A DNA stretch of 64,000 nucleotides from Promethearchaeia archaeon. Lineage in GTDB: Archaea; Asgardarchaeota; Lokiarchaeia; Sigyniarchaeales; SOKP01. Below the pieces are notes generated by a model. That model made no database searches and had not been told where the DNA came from. It saw nothing but the letters and a program-made list of their open reading frames with translations. Numbering within the stretch: the stretch's first letter is position 1; every line of letters starts with the position of its first letter. Of this stretch, positions 20,827 to 31,115 are shown piece by piece. The position numbers and the translations under genes were made by a program. The DNA lies in contig JAHQWL010000052.1 of the NCBI GenBank assembly GCA_029856155.1, forward strand, positions 32,001 through 96,000, in the 5' to 3' direction.

Positions 20827-21921
20827 ATGGCGAAAAATTTTATTAATGTTGCTATAGTTGGAGTCGGTGACGTGGCATCCGCTCTTGTACAGGGTGTTGA
20901 AAACTACAAGAAAAATCCAGAAAGAACAATAGGGATACTTCCAGAAATTACTCAATATAGTATAAATGATATTAATTTCATTTTAGGAATTGATGTTAAT
21001 TCAAATAAAGTCGGAAAAGATTTGAGTGAAGCGATTTTTGCAGAACCAAATTGTAATATGAGACTTTTTGAGCCTAGTTATTTAAATGCTCCTGTAATAA
21101 AAGGTCCAATAATGGATGGATTAGACAGCAATATTAAAAACATAATACCCGTAGATCTTAATCAAAACCCTGTTGATGTTACTAATGAAATAAAAAATAG
21201 AAATACAGATGTTACTATAATCCTGCTTCCAACAGGATCGCATGAAGCTGTAAAATTTTATGCTATGAGTGCGCTTGAAGCAGGATCATGTGTTATAAAT
21301 GGAATGCCTTCACACGTGGTTAAAGATTCCGAAATTGTTAAAAAAGCTGAAGAAAAAGGTCTCTCATTAATGGGAGACGATGTAAAATCCCAGATTGGAG
21401 CTACAATCATCCATAGAGCCTTAGCTAATCTCTTTCCAATGCGAGGTGCTATATTAGATAAAACAATTCAACTAGATTGGGGGGGTTCCAGCGATTTTTG
21501 TAATTTATTAACATCTATGCAAGACGGAAGATTAAGATATGAGCAAGGAAAACGACAATCAAAAACTGAGTCTGTAATTGCCAATCTCCAAAATAGAGAT
21601 ACAGTTAATTGCCAAATTTCTGCTGTAGATTATATCCCCTTCCTAAGAAATCAAAAAGAAGCGTATATGAGATTGGAAGGAAGAGTCTTTGGAGGTGCAC
21701 CCGTTAGAGTCGATATTACTATGTTTGTAGAAGATGGCAATAATTCAGCGGGTGTTATAGTAGATTGCATTAGAATTAGTAAAATTGCGAAGGATAGAAA
21801 AATTAAAGGTATTCTGCAATCGGCGTGTTCTTTTTTTGCGAAACATCCTCCAGAACAATTAGATGATTATATTGCCAAAAAGAGACTTATAGAGTTTATA
21901 GAAAATAAACGAGAGCGATAA
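20827..21921 (+). CDS. ino1: myo-Inositol-1-phosphate synthase (MIPS)
   Basis: VAIVGVGDVASALVQG, KVGKDLSEAIF, GDDVKSQIGATIIHR, DYIPFL, NSAGVIVD, KHPPEQ. Confidence 0.93.
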   Translation: MAKNFINVAIVGVGDVASALVQGVENYKKNPERTIGILPEITQYSINDINFILGIDVNSNKVGKDLSEAIFAEPNCNMRLFEPSYLNAPVIKGPIMDGLDSNIKNIIPVDLNQNPVDVTNEIKNRNTDVTIILLPTGSHEAVKFYAMSALEAGSCVINGMPSHVVKDSEIVKKAEEKGLSLMGDDVKSQIGATIIHRALANLFPMRGAILDKTIQLDWGGSSDFCNLLTSMQDGRLRYEQGKRQSKTESVIANLQNRDTVNCQISAVDYIPFLRNQKEAYMRLEGRVFGGAPVRVDITMFVEDGNNSAGVIVDCIRISKIAKDRKIKGILQSACSFFAKHPPEQLDDYIAKKRLIEFIENKRER

Positions 21922-21959
21922 GTAGTTTATATGCTATGAATAAACTACTATCTCAAGTT

Positions 21960-22874
21960 TTAACCTCTAACTGAAGCACGTGTTTTATAGATTTGTTGTC
22001 GTAATAGTAAAGTATTGTATATATAATCTGATATTAGACTCACTGCTTCAGGAATGCTTTTAAAACTTGGAAAATCATTAATATCTATAATATATGGATT
22101 TCCTTCATTTGTTAATATGTAATCAATACCAAAAATTGAGAGTCCCATTTTTCTACCCAATCGTAATATTCGTCTCTTTAATTGTTTGTCAATTGGTACA
22201 CGAATATGAATTAGTTCTAAGGGAGATAGATTTTCTTTTTGTCGCAATCGATTATGGGAAGTTATTGAAACTGTCCATCGACCAATAATGTATATTTTGT
22301 AGATAATATCGAATTTGCCTAAATATTCTTGAAAAAATAACTCATTTTCCTTAAATCCTTTCGTTAATTCTTTAAAATCATATGAATTTTTAGCTATACC
22401 GATAATTCTATCATCTCTTGGCAAGTTTGGAATATTATGCCTATCCAATTTAATCACTATTTTAGTACCATTAGAACAAGCTTCAAAGGCTTCATTAAAA
22501 GAGTAAAAATTACGAGGAAAATATATTTTCTTACATTTTTGTTCAACATTTCTAAAGGTATCTCTTCTACTTTCACATGTCTGAACTGCATCTAAACTAT
22601 TTAAAAGAGGGATATGAGGCGTTATTTCTCTAACTGTTTTGTAAATTTCTTGATTATCTTTTTCAGATAACAATTTGACAATTATAAATGAAATAGGGTA
22701 TTTTTTAATTTGTTTCTTAAAATGTTTAACACTAAATATATTAGAATCTTTTTTTAAAAGATTAATTATCGAGATATTATAGTTCTTATTAAAGAACTTT
22801 TTGATCTCTTCAAAAATTTCGAGATCGCGATTACAAATAGAGCCTATATAGATTCTACTAAACTTATTTGACAC
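21960..22874 (-). CDS. ATP-grasp protein, ITPK1-like inositol phosphate kinase candidate 2
   Basis: FQEYL, YKIYIIG, IFGIDYI, IIDINDFPSF. Confidence 0.72.
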   Translation of the reverse strand: MSNKFSRIYIGSICNRDLEIFEEIKKFFNKNYNISIINLLKKDSNIFSVKHFKKQIKKYPISFIIVKLLSEKDNQEIYKTVREITPHIPLLNSLDAVQTCESRRDTFRNVEQKCKKIYFPRNFYSFNEAFEACSNGTKIVIKLDRHNIPNLPRDDRIIGIAKNSYDFKELTKGFKENELFFQEYLGKFDIIYKIYIIGRWTVSITSHNRLRQKENLSPLELIHIRVPIDKQLKRRILRLGRKMGLSIFGIDYILTNEGNPYIIDINDFPSFKSIPEAVSLISDYIYNTLLLRQQIYKTRASVRG

Positions 22875-23113
22875 GTATAAAACCCTATTAATTTGATAAA
22901 TTATGAGTTAATTATGGTATATAAATATATTTATTATTTAGTATTTTAAGGGGTGACTATAGAAAAAAGTCTCGAAGTTTTAAAGATCCCATTTTCTGGA
23001 CTCTATGCTAAAAGGTTTAAAATTTAATTTTAATTGTATTTATATTATATATTTTTTTTATTTAATATTAAAGAGAAAAACCATTTTCTTTAAAAAAGGC
23101 TCTTAAGGTAAAT

Positions 23114-23932
23114 TTGTTGAAAAAAATAGGAATAATTATTGATAAATATCATTTAAAGTATAAAGTGACAGATTTCCTAAAATATCTAAAGTCTAAAGCA
23201 GATGTAATAATATATATTGAAGAAAATTTTCTTTTAAATAGTGAGAATATAAACTTCGATGAAGATTTATTCTTTCTTAAGGCGAAAGGAGATTTAGTAT
23301 TAACTTTTGCTAAATCTCTTGAAGATTGTACTTCGATTCCAGTAATAAACTCTTATAAAGGCACTTGGTTAGCAATTAATAGGTTTTTAAATAGCGTTTA
23401 TTTAAAAAAGGCAGGTATCCCTATTCCTGATTTTTCTTTAAATCCTAAAGGAATTATTCCACCTTTCAGGGATTATATTATAAAAAATATTATAGATCAA
23501 AAAAATTATAAATTTAAACCAGTAGTTCATAAAGAAAATGGACAATTAAGAGTAGCTGATGAGAGAGCCTTAAATGAAGTTGATAAGACTGATCCAAAAT
23601 ATAATTATCTATATTATCAGAAATTTATCAAAAGTAAATGGGAATATAAGATCTACGGGATTGGGGATGAAATATACTTTTTTAAACAATTACCTATACT
23701 TGTTAATCCCAATAAGATGGAATCGAGAAGAGAAATTGATGAAATTTCTGAATTAAAAGAATATTGTTATAAAGCAATGGAAGTAATGGATTTAAAATTA
23801 ACTTCATTAGATTTTTTAAAATCAAAAGAGCAATTCTTTCTAACTGATATAAATTGTACTCCAAATTTTAATTACATTAAAGATGGTCATAAAATTGTGG
23901 CTGATTTTTTATTAAAACAAGCAAAAAAATGA
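23114..23932 (+). CDS. ATP-grasp protein, ITPK1-like candidate 3
   Basis: YQKFI, YKIYGIG, SLDFL, LTDINCTPNF. Confidence 0.68.
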   Translation: MLKKIGIIIDKYHLKYKVTDFLKYLKSKADVIIYIEENFLLNSENINFDEDLFFLKAKGDLVLTFAKSLEDCTSIPVINSYKGTWLAINRFLNSVYLKKAGIPIPDFSLNPKGIIPPFRDYIIKNIIDQKNYKFKPVVHKENGQLRVADERALNEVDKTDPKYNYLYYQKFIKSKWEYKIYGIGDEIYFFKQLPILVNPNKMESRREIDEISELKEYCYKAMEVMDLKLTSLDFLKSKEQFFLTDINCTPNFNYIKDGHKIVADFLLKQAKK

Positions 23933-23946
23933 TGGATTAAAGGAAA

Positions 23947-24750
23947 ATGAATATTGGAATTTTATCAAAAAGGAAAACTATGATGGCAAAAAAGTTAAAA
24001 GATTGCTTACAAAATAAAGGATATACGGTTTCTATTTACACATTAGAGAATTTGATTATTAATGAAACTCTTCTAAATAATGATTTATTCATATTAAAAT
24101 CAAAAAGTCTTATTTTTTTATATGCAGGTTTTTTTTTGGAAGCAAATAACATTCCAGTAATACCAAAACCTCAATTATCATTTTTACAGAAAAATCGAAT
24201 ACAATCACATTTCTTAATGAAAAGGATAGGTTTAATAACTCCAGACATATTTTTAGGTACTGCTGATACATTTAAGAATCAATTAGATTTAAAGGATTTT
24301 CCGTTTATTTTAAAGCCAATCATGGGTTCAGGCAGTAAAGGAATCAGAATTATTAGATCATACAAAGATTTAACATCAGAAAATAATTCAATATTATACT
24401 TAGAAAGGTATATTGAAGGTATTCATTATAATGTATATTTTATTGATAATGAAATCTGTACTTTAATTAAACCTCCATTATCAGATGAACATGTTGATAT
24501 GAAAAAAATTGAAACTCCAGATGATATAAGAGATGTAATTAAAAAATGGAAGGATTATTTTAACGGAGATCTATTATTCGGACATTTAGATATTGTTCGA
24601 GAAGAAGCTAGCAATAAATTATATGTTGTAGATCCAGGAAGTTTTCCTGAGTTCACCAATTGGAAGTGTAAAATTTCACCCGTCGAAAGTATATGCAATC
24701 TAATAATAAATAAGTATGAGAAATTACACAAAAATCAAAATAATATTTAA
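23947..24750 (+). CDS. ATP-grasp protein (RimK/ITPK1-like) candidate 4
   Basis: PFILKPIMGSGSKGI, LERYI, GHLDIV, VVDPGSFPEF. Confidence 0.65.
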   Translation: MNIGILSKRKTMMAKKLKDCLQNKGYTVSIYTLENLIINETLLNNDLFILKSKSLIFLYAGFFLEANNIPVIPKPQLSFLQKNRIQSHFLMKRIGLITPDIFLGTADTFKNQLDLKDFPFILKPIMGSGSKGIRIIRSYKDLTSENNSILYLERYIEGIHYNVYFIDNEICTLIKPPLSDEHVDMKKIETPDDIRDVIKKWKDYFNGDLLFGHLDIVREEASNKLYVVDPGSFPEFTNWKCKISPVESICNLIINKYEKLHKNQNNI

Positions 24751-24776
24751 TTTTTTTACATTATTATACATTTAAA

Positions 24777-25745
24777 ATGAGTACGCAAGAACAATTAGAA
24801 AAATCCAAGATTTATGGAAAAAAACAAAAAGTACGATTATACAAGATAAAACACTTCATTTTTGATTTTGGGGGCGTTTTGATTGAAAAGACCTTTGTTT
24901 TAAAGAATTTACTTGATATGATCGAATCAGATTTAAAGATTTCAATTCCCCGTGACGAAAACTCATATAGTAGAAAAATTAAAAGACATCTAAGCTCTGG
25001 AATAATTTCTACTCAGGAATTTTTACAGAAAATTTTTGAAAAATACTATTATCCTTTTCAAAAAAGTGATGGAGCATCATCCCCCAACAAAGTGGATGTA
25101 GAATATTATACTGAGCTTTGGTTAGATTTATATTCCCAAGTAACAAATATATCATCAGAAATGGCAGAAATAATAGAACGCTTACATCAAGCAGATTACA
25201 CGGTAAGTTTAATGTCAAATACCCATGATGTCCATGCAAAATCGAACTATTTAAAAGGATTCTATGATATTTTCGATAATATTTTCCTATCAAATGAAAT
25301 CGGTTATATTAAACCCGATATGGACAAATATAAATATGTTTTATCAAAATTAGATACAAGTCCAAAAAAATGTGTCTTTATCGATGATAAAATTCAGAAT
25401 TTAGTTCCAGCTCGAGATCTAGGAATTATAGTAATTAGATTTGAGTCATTTGAGAAATTTAAAAAGCAATTGCGCGAATTAGGAGTAGGTAATATTAGTA
25501 AGAATCTTCGCCATAAAATAAAAAAGAAATATACGCAATATAAAAAGACTAAAAAGGAGTATAAAAAAGCTAAAATGGAATACAAAAAAGCAAAAAATGA
25601 GTATCTTAAAAAGAAAGGGAAATCCTTAAAACGGAAAATGGAATACCAACAAAAACATGCTAAATATCATAAGAAAAAAGCTGAATATAAGAAAGAGAAG
25701 GAGAAAAAAAAACAAGACCTAATAACTAAAATCCGAGTTACATAA
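24777..25745 (+). CDS. HAD-superfamily phosphatase (YihX-like) with Lys-rich C-terminal coiled coil
   Basis: FDFGGV, LMSNT, KPD, FIDD; tail KKEYKKAKMEYKKAKNEYLKKK... Confidence 0.85.
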   Translation: MSTQEQLEKSKIYGKKQKVRLYKIKHFIFDFGGVLIEKTFVLKNLLDMIESDLKISIPRDENSYSRKIKRHLSSGIISTQEFLQKIFEKYYYPFQKSDGASSPNKVDVEYYTELWLDLYSQVTNISSEMAEIIERLHQADYTVSLMSNTHDVHAKSNYLKGFYDIFDNIFLSNEIGYIKPDMDKYKYVLSKLDTSPKKCVFIDDKIQNLVPARDLGIIVIRFESFEKFKKQLRELGVGNISKNLRHKIKKKYTQYKKTKKEYKKAKMEYKKAKNEYLKKKGKSLKRKMEYQQKHAKYHKKKAEYKKEKEKKKQDLITKIRVT

Positions 25746-25765
25746 AAATTTCTAATAGAATAAAT

Positions 25766-26872
25766 CTATTCTATACTTTCTTCTTTATTTTCTTGTTCTT
25801 TATTAAATTCTTCAACCTTTTTCATAACAGACTCTGATGGTGTTGTTGGTATGGGTATTTTTTCATAGATTTCTATGAATTTTATATCATCAATTTCTTC
25901 CCCCATATGAGTCTGAAGATCCATTGCAAGACCAAACTTAACATACGTTAAATTCTGAAAAATAAACATTTTAGGAATAGTTATCTCAAGAGTCTTACTC
26001 TTAGGAATATAACTTACATGAAAATCTGAAATATTATCTTTTGGAATTCCTTTGTTTATCATAAAATATTCTATCTTTTCATTAAAATCTTCAATTTTAT
26101 CTATAATTTCTAAATTATAATCTATATTTTGTCCCGCTAAAGGGTGATTATAATCAATAATAACTCTTCCTTGTACAACATTGGTTACTGTGCCCCTCTG
26201 TGTTTGCCCTTGAGTTTGCTTAATAAATTCTTTACCAATTTCAGGATTTTTTCCTTCGTTTAATTTTCTGAATTTTGCTATGCCTATTCTTTCAATCTTT
26301 TGGGGATCCCGTTTTCCAAAAGCTTTGGTAGGGGGGATCCTAACAGATTTTTTCTCAAAAAAGTTCATATCTTTAATAACTTCAGTAAGACCTTCATTCA
26401 CGAATCCTGATTTTTTTACGATCACGAATTCTGGAGTATAATATCCCTGTTTAGCCTTATTCTCATCATATATACCTGCTTTTTTTGCATCCTCTTCAGT
26501 TGAGACTCTAAAGATTTGACCTTTTTGGGTTCGTGCGGTTATTTTTACAAGAACAAAATCTCCCTCTTGTACTTTTTTCCCATGTAATTTTGCTTTTTTT
26601 TCTTCTAATTTTTTAGTTTCTTCTAAGATTTTCTCCTCATCTTCATCTTTTCCGCTTTCAATAGGTTCTTTTCCTTCCTCTTTAGTTTCTTGTTGGATTA
26701 ATTCTTTTGCATTATCAATCATTTTTTCAGCTGTAGCCTTCCCAATCCCTTTCAATTCAGTTAAATCTTCTAATTTAGAGTTTGCTAATTTTTCAACAGT
26801 ATCTATTCCCGCTTCTTTTAATGTGTCAGCTTTTTTGCCAAGTCCTTTAATATCTTCTAATTTAAGAGACAT
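25766..26872 (-). CDS. Long-type archaeal FKBP/SlyD peptidyl-prolyl isomerase with N-terminal helix-hairpin-helix domain
   Basis: IKGLGK and LKGIGKATA HhH motifs; IPPTKAFGKRDP, IDYNHPLAGQ. Confidence 0.88.
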   Translation of the reverse strand: MSLKLEDIKGLGKKADTLKEAGIDTVEKLANSKLEDLTELKGIGKATAEKMIDNAKELIQQETKEEGKEPIESGKDEDEEKILEETKKLEEKKAKLHGKKVQEGDFVLVKITARTQKGQIFRVSTEEDAKKAGIYDENKAKQGYYTPEFVIVKKSGFVNEGLTEVIKDMNFFEKKSVRIPPTKAFGKRDPQKIERIGIAKFRKLNEGKNPEIGKEFIKQTQGQTQRGTVTNVVQGRVIIDYNHPLAGQNIDYNLEIIDKIEDFNEKIEYFMINKGIPKDNISDFHVSYIPKSKTLEITIPKMFIFQNLTYVKFGLAMDLQTHMGEEIDDIKFIEIYEKIPIPTTPSESVMKKVEEFNKEQENKEESIE

Positions 26873-26969
26873 TTCAACTCATTTATATTTATTTTTAAAA
26901 GTAGAGTCGTAAAAAGTTAAATCTTACAATATTTGATTATTTATAGATTTTTCTAAAATGTAGAATTCC

Positions 26970-28082
26970 TTATGATACGGGCTCAAATATTATTCCTAAC
27001 TTTTGAGCATACATTTTTACTTCACGCATTTCATCAGACGTAGGTCTTCTATTTATTTCTTCATAATTAAACGCCTTATATTGAGGTCTATATTGCCCCA
27101 TGATGTTCATTACAGCCTTGGGGAGTTCTTTAGCAACATAATCTAAAATTGGTTTAGTACAGCATTCAATATGGTTTGGCATGACTAAATGTCTAATACA
27201 GATTTCTCCACTGCCCTCATCATGGATTCTTTTATGATTTCTGGTGATTATATCGAAGTAATTATCAATACCAGAATATTTTTTACCACATTCATTATTG
27301 CCATATTTAAAGTCAGGTAGCCAGAAATCCATAAAATCTATTATTAATGAAAGAGATTTATCAGTTAAGAAGAAATTTGAATTCCATAGCTGACATATAT
27401 TAGATTTTTGAAATTTTAAGCTCCCCACAATAGTGTGAATGTTTGGAATGGGATCGCCTCCTACATAATTTATGTTTATTGCACCTTTATCAACAAGTTT
27501 TTCAGCAATAGCTGCTAATTGGATAGTATCAACTTTCTGAGAAATATCTTCAATGTTTTTTTTCCCTTTCCATGCTTGAGAAATGTCATAATTTTGACAA
27601 AAAACACATCCAAAATTACACCCTTGAAAAAAAATAGTACCACTTGGGATTAATACGGGTTCTTCACCCATATGAAGGAAAGCAGAAGATACATAAGAAT
27701 CCTTAGAAATCAAACAAAAGCCTTTTTCACCACCTATACGATTTGCTTCACATTGTCTCTCACAGAAAATACACTTGACTAAATATTTAATTGCTATCGT
27801 TTCGGCGAGTGTTATGTAGTTAATTTCTTGAACAACATGATTTTTCAAATTATTTGAATCTTTATTAAGGAGTTCATTAAACTCTAGAGATTTTTCTTTC
27901 AATAAGCCCTCAAGCTTTTCTACGGGATCGCTTAGATCAAAATCGCAATTTACACTCTTAGCAACCAAATATCTTGCTAACCGTTTCCCATCAATTATCC
28001 CTCTATATTTTGAAAAGCGTTTAAGTATTTCTTCATTTTGCCATACAGATACAGAATCCGGCCGAAGAACTCTAAAAACCAT
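26970..28082 (-). CDS. Radical SAM protein, PflX-like
   Basis: CNFGCVFC, CIFCERQC, GEEPVL, DFKYGN, RHLVMPNH, MGQYRP. Confidence 0.9.
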   Translation of the reverse strand: MVFRVLRPDSVSVWQNEEILKRFSKYRGIIDGKRLARYLVAKSVNCDFDLSDPVEKLEGLLKEKSLEFNELLNKDSNNLKNHVVQEINYITLAETIAIKYLVKCIFCERQCEANRIGGEKGFCLISKDSYVSSAFLHMGEEPVLIPSGTIFFQGCNFGCVFCQNYDISQAWKGKKNIEDISQKVDTIQLAAIAEKLVDKGAININYVGGDPIPNIHTIVGSLKFQKSNICQLWNSNFFLTDKSLSLIIDFMDFWLPDFKYGNNECGKKYSGIDNYFDIITRNHKRIHDEGSGEICIRHLVMPNHIECCTKPILDYVAKELPKAVMNIMGQYRPQYKAFNYEEINRRPTSDEMREVKMYAQKLGIIFEPVS

Positions 28083-28106
28083 AATAAAATGATTAAGGTT
28101 AATTAA

Positions 28107-28841
28107 CTAAATCTCAAAAGAGAGCCATTCGATAATATTCGACAGAAATTTAAGATTATCTCCCGCATCTAATCCAAAATCATCTTCTAAAAGCCAATCT
28201 GATGAACCAATGGTAACACACCTCCCATTATAGAATTCCGAGACAACACATATGGGTACAGGTCCAAGCGCACCAATATCATCATCAGCATAATATTTAA
28301 ATTCGGCTTTTTCAGATGTTATAATTAAATCTTCAACCTCCTCTTCTGTAAGGGTAAAAAAGGTGCAATTGGGTAAAACTAATTCAGTAATCCCTTCAGT
28401 AATAGGATGATTAAATAAATCTGTGATTAAAACATTCTTTTTTTTAATAAGATAATTTGAGGGTGCTTCTTGAATAACTCCATTCCAAAATCTTCGAACC
28501 CCCGTCATTTTATATAAGACTCTAATAGACCCTTGTTTCATTGGAATATCTTGATCCCCCCCCTCTCCACTAGTTAATAGGAGTCCTCCACCTTCCCCGA
28601 TATATTTTTTAATTGCTTTTAATTCGTCTTGTGTAAATTTATCTTTTTTCCCATCTTTCGTGTGTTGAATATTTCCTATGAATAGTATATCAAAATCTTC
28701 AAGCATATCAAATTCAATTGGTCCTTCAGTTTTATCAATATAACTAATTTCAAAATCATCTTCACCAAGAGCGAACTCTGGAAACTCTTCTAATTTTTCT
28801 TTATGAGACAAGTCTACGATAATTTCATAAGGTATTTTAAT
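28107..28841 (-). CDS. GIFT/IFT52-N/DUF4350-like (class I GATase-fold) protein; probably starts at ATT 28841 or ATA 28835 rather than TTG 28811
   Basis: In-frame extension IKIPYEIIVDLSHKE restores the first strand; FTQDELKAIKKYIGEGGGLLL, GRCVTIGSS, DNLKFLSNIIEWL. Confidence 0.6.
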   Translation of the reverse strand: MKIPYEIIVDLSHKEKLEEFPEFALGEDDFEISYIDKTEGPIEFDMLEDFDILFIGNIQHTKDGKKDKFTQDELKAIKKYIGEGGGLLLTSGEGGDQDIPMKQGSIRVLYKMTGVRRFWNGVIQEAPSNYLIKKKNVLITDLFNHPITEGITELVLPNCTFFTLTEEEVEDLIITSEKAEFKYYADDDIGALGPVPICVVSEFYNGRCVTIGSSDWLLEDDFGLDAGDNLKFLSNIIEWLSFEI

Positions 28842-29072
28842 ACACCACTATTTTTTTGTTTTCTATTGACTAGTACCAGTTTTATTTAATAATTCCAAGT
28901 TCTATTAAGAGACAATCCTTCTAGCTTAAGAATATATAATATATTTTTATAAAGTTATGCTATCACTATTATTAAATATTTTCTTTTAAATTTTTTTAAA
29001 TCAAAATTATAATAAGTAAAACTTAAATAATAAGAGAAAAAATTAGATAGTTCCAACTTTTTAAATGTAGTT

Positions 29073-29765
29073 TCATATAGGTATAAATTCTCGCTCGGCA
29101 GGTTCAGAAGCTTTAATAACGGCAATGTCTATACCATTACCAGATGCCATATCTCGAATAATTGAAGCTGTAATCGCTTTTTTTATAATTTTCTTACCCT
29201 CTTCAACAGTTAAATTATCTTTATACCTGGCTTCTAACACACCATAAGAGAAATTTTGGCCACTACCTATTGCACAGTATTTTTCTGGTAAGATGGATCC
29301 ATACGCACCTATATCTAAAATAGTTGGTCCTTCCTCTTCTGTAACTCCACCTAATATTAGACCTACTTCATAGGGAAACATTTTATTTTGGTATAAAATA
29401 TTTGATAACATTTTTCCAGCAGATTTTATTAACATAGGTTTGCCATCATGTCCTAATTGATAAATTGTAGTTTCAGCTCTTAAAATATCTACTAAGTACT
29501 GGCAGTCTGCCACAGCCCCAGCAGTGCAAAGCCAAGTGTGCTCCTGTATCCTATAGAGTTTTTCAGCAGTTTTACTAGCAATAAAGTACCCCATCGTCGC
29601 TCTTTTATCTGTTCCCATTATAACAGCATCTTTAACTGTTATACCTACGGTGGTTGTGCCAGTCTTAAAGTTTTGAGCTTTCTTTATTTCAGAATTTAGT
29701 ACATTGACTCCTGCACTTCGTAAGAGTTCTGATTTGGTCGGTTTCAATATTTCTTCTTTTCTCAT
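29073..29765 (-). CDS. psmB: Proteasome beta subunit
   Basis: Propeptide followed by KTG/TTTVG, DKRAT, AGAVAD, GSG, RDMASG. Confidence 0.95.
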   Translation of the reverse strand: MRKEEILKPTKSELLRSAGVNVLNSEIKKAQNFKTGTTTVGITVKDAVIMGTDKRATMGYFIASKTAEKLYRIQEHTWLCTAGAVADCQYLVDILRAETTIYQLGHDGKPMLIKSAGKMLSNILYQNKMFPYEVGLILGGVTEEEGPTILDIGAYGSILPEKYCAIGSGQNFSYGVLEARYKDNLTVEEGKKIIKKAITASIIRDMASGNGIDIAVIKASEPAEREFIPI

Positions 29766-29896
29766 AATTTCATTAAAGAACTCTCGTTTTTATAATTTTT
29801 TTTAATTTTTTATTAATTTTTAATCATTTTAGCATTAAGTTTTTTATTATCAAATCAATTAATTAGTATACAAAATCTATATTTTAAAGATTTAAG

Positions 29897-31075
29897 ATGT
29901 ATGATGTAATAATTTCTGGAGCAGGGCCAGCTGGTTCAAAATGTGCTGAAGTTTTAGCAAAAAGTGGATTTAAAGTCGCTTTAATTGAAAAAGATACCAC
30001 TTGGCGTAAGCCATGCGGAGGAGGAGTAAGTTCAAGAGTTTTTAAGTATTACCCTCAATTACGAAAATTAGATTTGATGCCTATTACCGGAATAACAATT
30101 TATTCTGGAGATTATCATAAGTTAGAGTATTCCTGGAAGGATATAACAGAGCCTTCATTGACTGTAGATAGATTAGAATTCGATAATTTCATAAGAAATA
30201 TAGCTATAGACGCTGGGGCTGAACTCTTTGATAAAAATCTCTCTATTGATTTTGTATATAAAAACCATCATAAAATTGGAGTAAAAACTAAAAGTCCGAA
30301 TGGAACTAAAGAATATTTAGGAAAAATTACAGTTATTGCTGATGGGATGAGTTCAAAATTAGCACCTTTGACTGGATTGAGAAACAAGTGGAAAATTGAT
30401 GAAATAGGTTTATGTAAGTGCGCAATAATGGAAGGAAAAAATTTACTTGATAAATCAGCAATTTCATTATTTTTTAGAAGATATAAAGGATATGGTTGGA
30501 TATTTCCGTTAGATGAAAGACGTTTTAATATTGGGTGTGGTACTTGGCTAGAAGCAAATATTAGTTATAATCTAAATCAACTTTATCAAGAATTTATTAA
30601 TGATCCCAATTTAAAAAAATTCTTTCCAGATAAAAAGTATAAAAAGATTTGGGCAGGAGCTTATCCAATACCCGCTTTAGGAGTCAAGGAAAAAAGTTTA
30701 TTCAATGATAATATCATGATCATCGGGGATGCTGCTGGTTTTGTATCTCCTATTAGTGGTGAAGGATTACATGCTTGTATAGTCTCTGGACAGGCTGCTG
30801 GGGATACAGCAATCAATGCATTAGAAAAGAATGATATTTCTAATCAAACTCTACGAGGTTATAAATCCAATCCAAATATTAAGAAAATAATTAGAAATTA
30901 TAAAATGAAAGTCTCTATAGTTGATTTCTTTTATGAAAACAATGGAGTAAATCTGAATAATATGTTTCGTCTGGCTGAAACAGACGATCAAATCAGAGAT
31001 GTTGTAGTTAACATGTTCCTATTTAATCAAGCCCCCACAAGAGATTTTTTATCCAAATTGAAATCAATGAAATAA
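29897..31075 (+). CDS. Geranylgeranyl reductase family flavoprotein
   Basis: GAGPAG, KPCGGG, YGWIFP, GDAAGFVSPISGEG. Confidence 0.9.
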   Translation: MYDVIISGAGPAGSKCAEVLAKSGFKVALIEKDTTWRKPCGGGVSSRVFKYYPQLRKLDLMPITGITIYSGDYHKLEYSWKDITEPSLTVDRLEFDNFIRNIAIDAGAELFDKNLSIDFVYKNHHKIGVKTKSPNGTKEYLGKITVIADGMSSKLAPLTGLRNKWKIDEIGLCKCAIMEGKNLLDKSAISLFFRRYKGYGWIFPLDERRFNIGCGTWLEANISYNLNQLYQEFINDPNLKKFFPDKKYKKIWAGAYPIPALGVKEKSLFNDNIMIIGDAAGFVSPISGEGLHACIVSGQAAGDTAINALEKNDISNQTLRGYKSNPNIKKIIRNYKMKVSIVDFFYENNGVNLNNMFRLAETDDQIRDVVVNMFLFNQAPTRDFLSKLKSMK

Positions 31076-31115
31076 AAACAATAATTTTAAAATTACTTTT
31101 AATAATATTTTTTAA

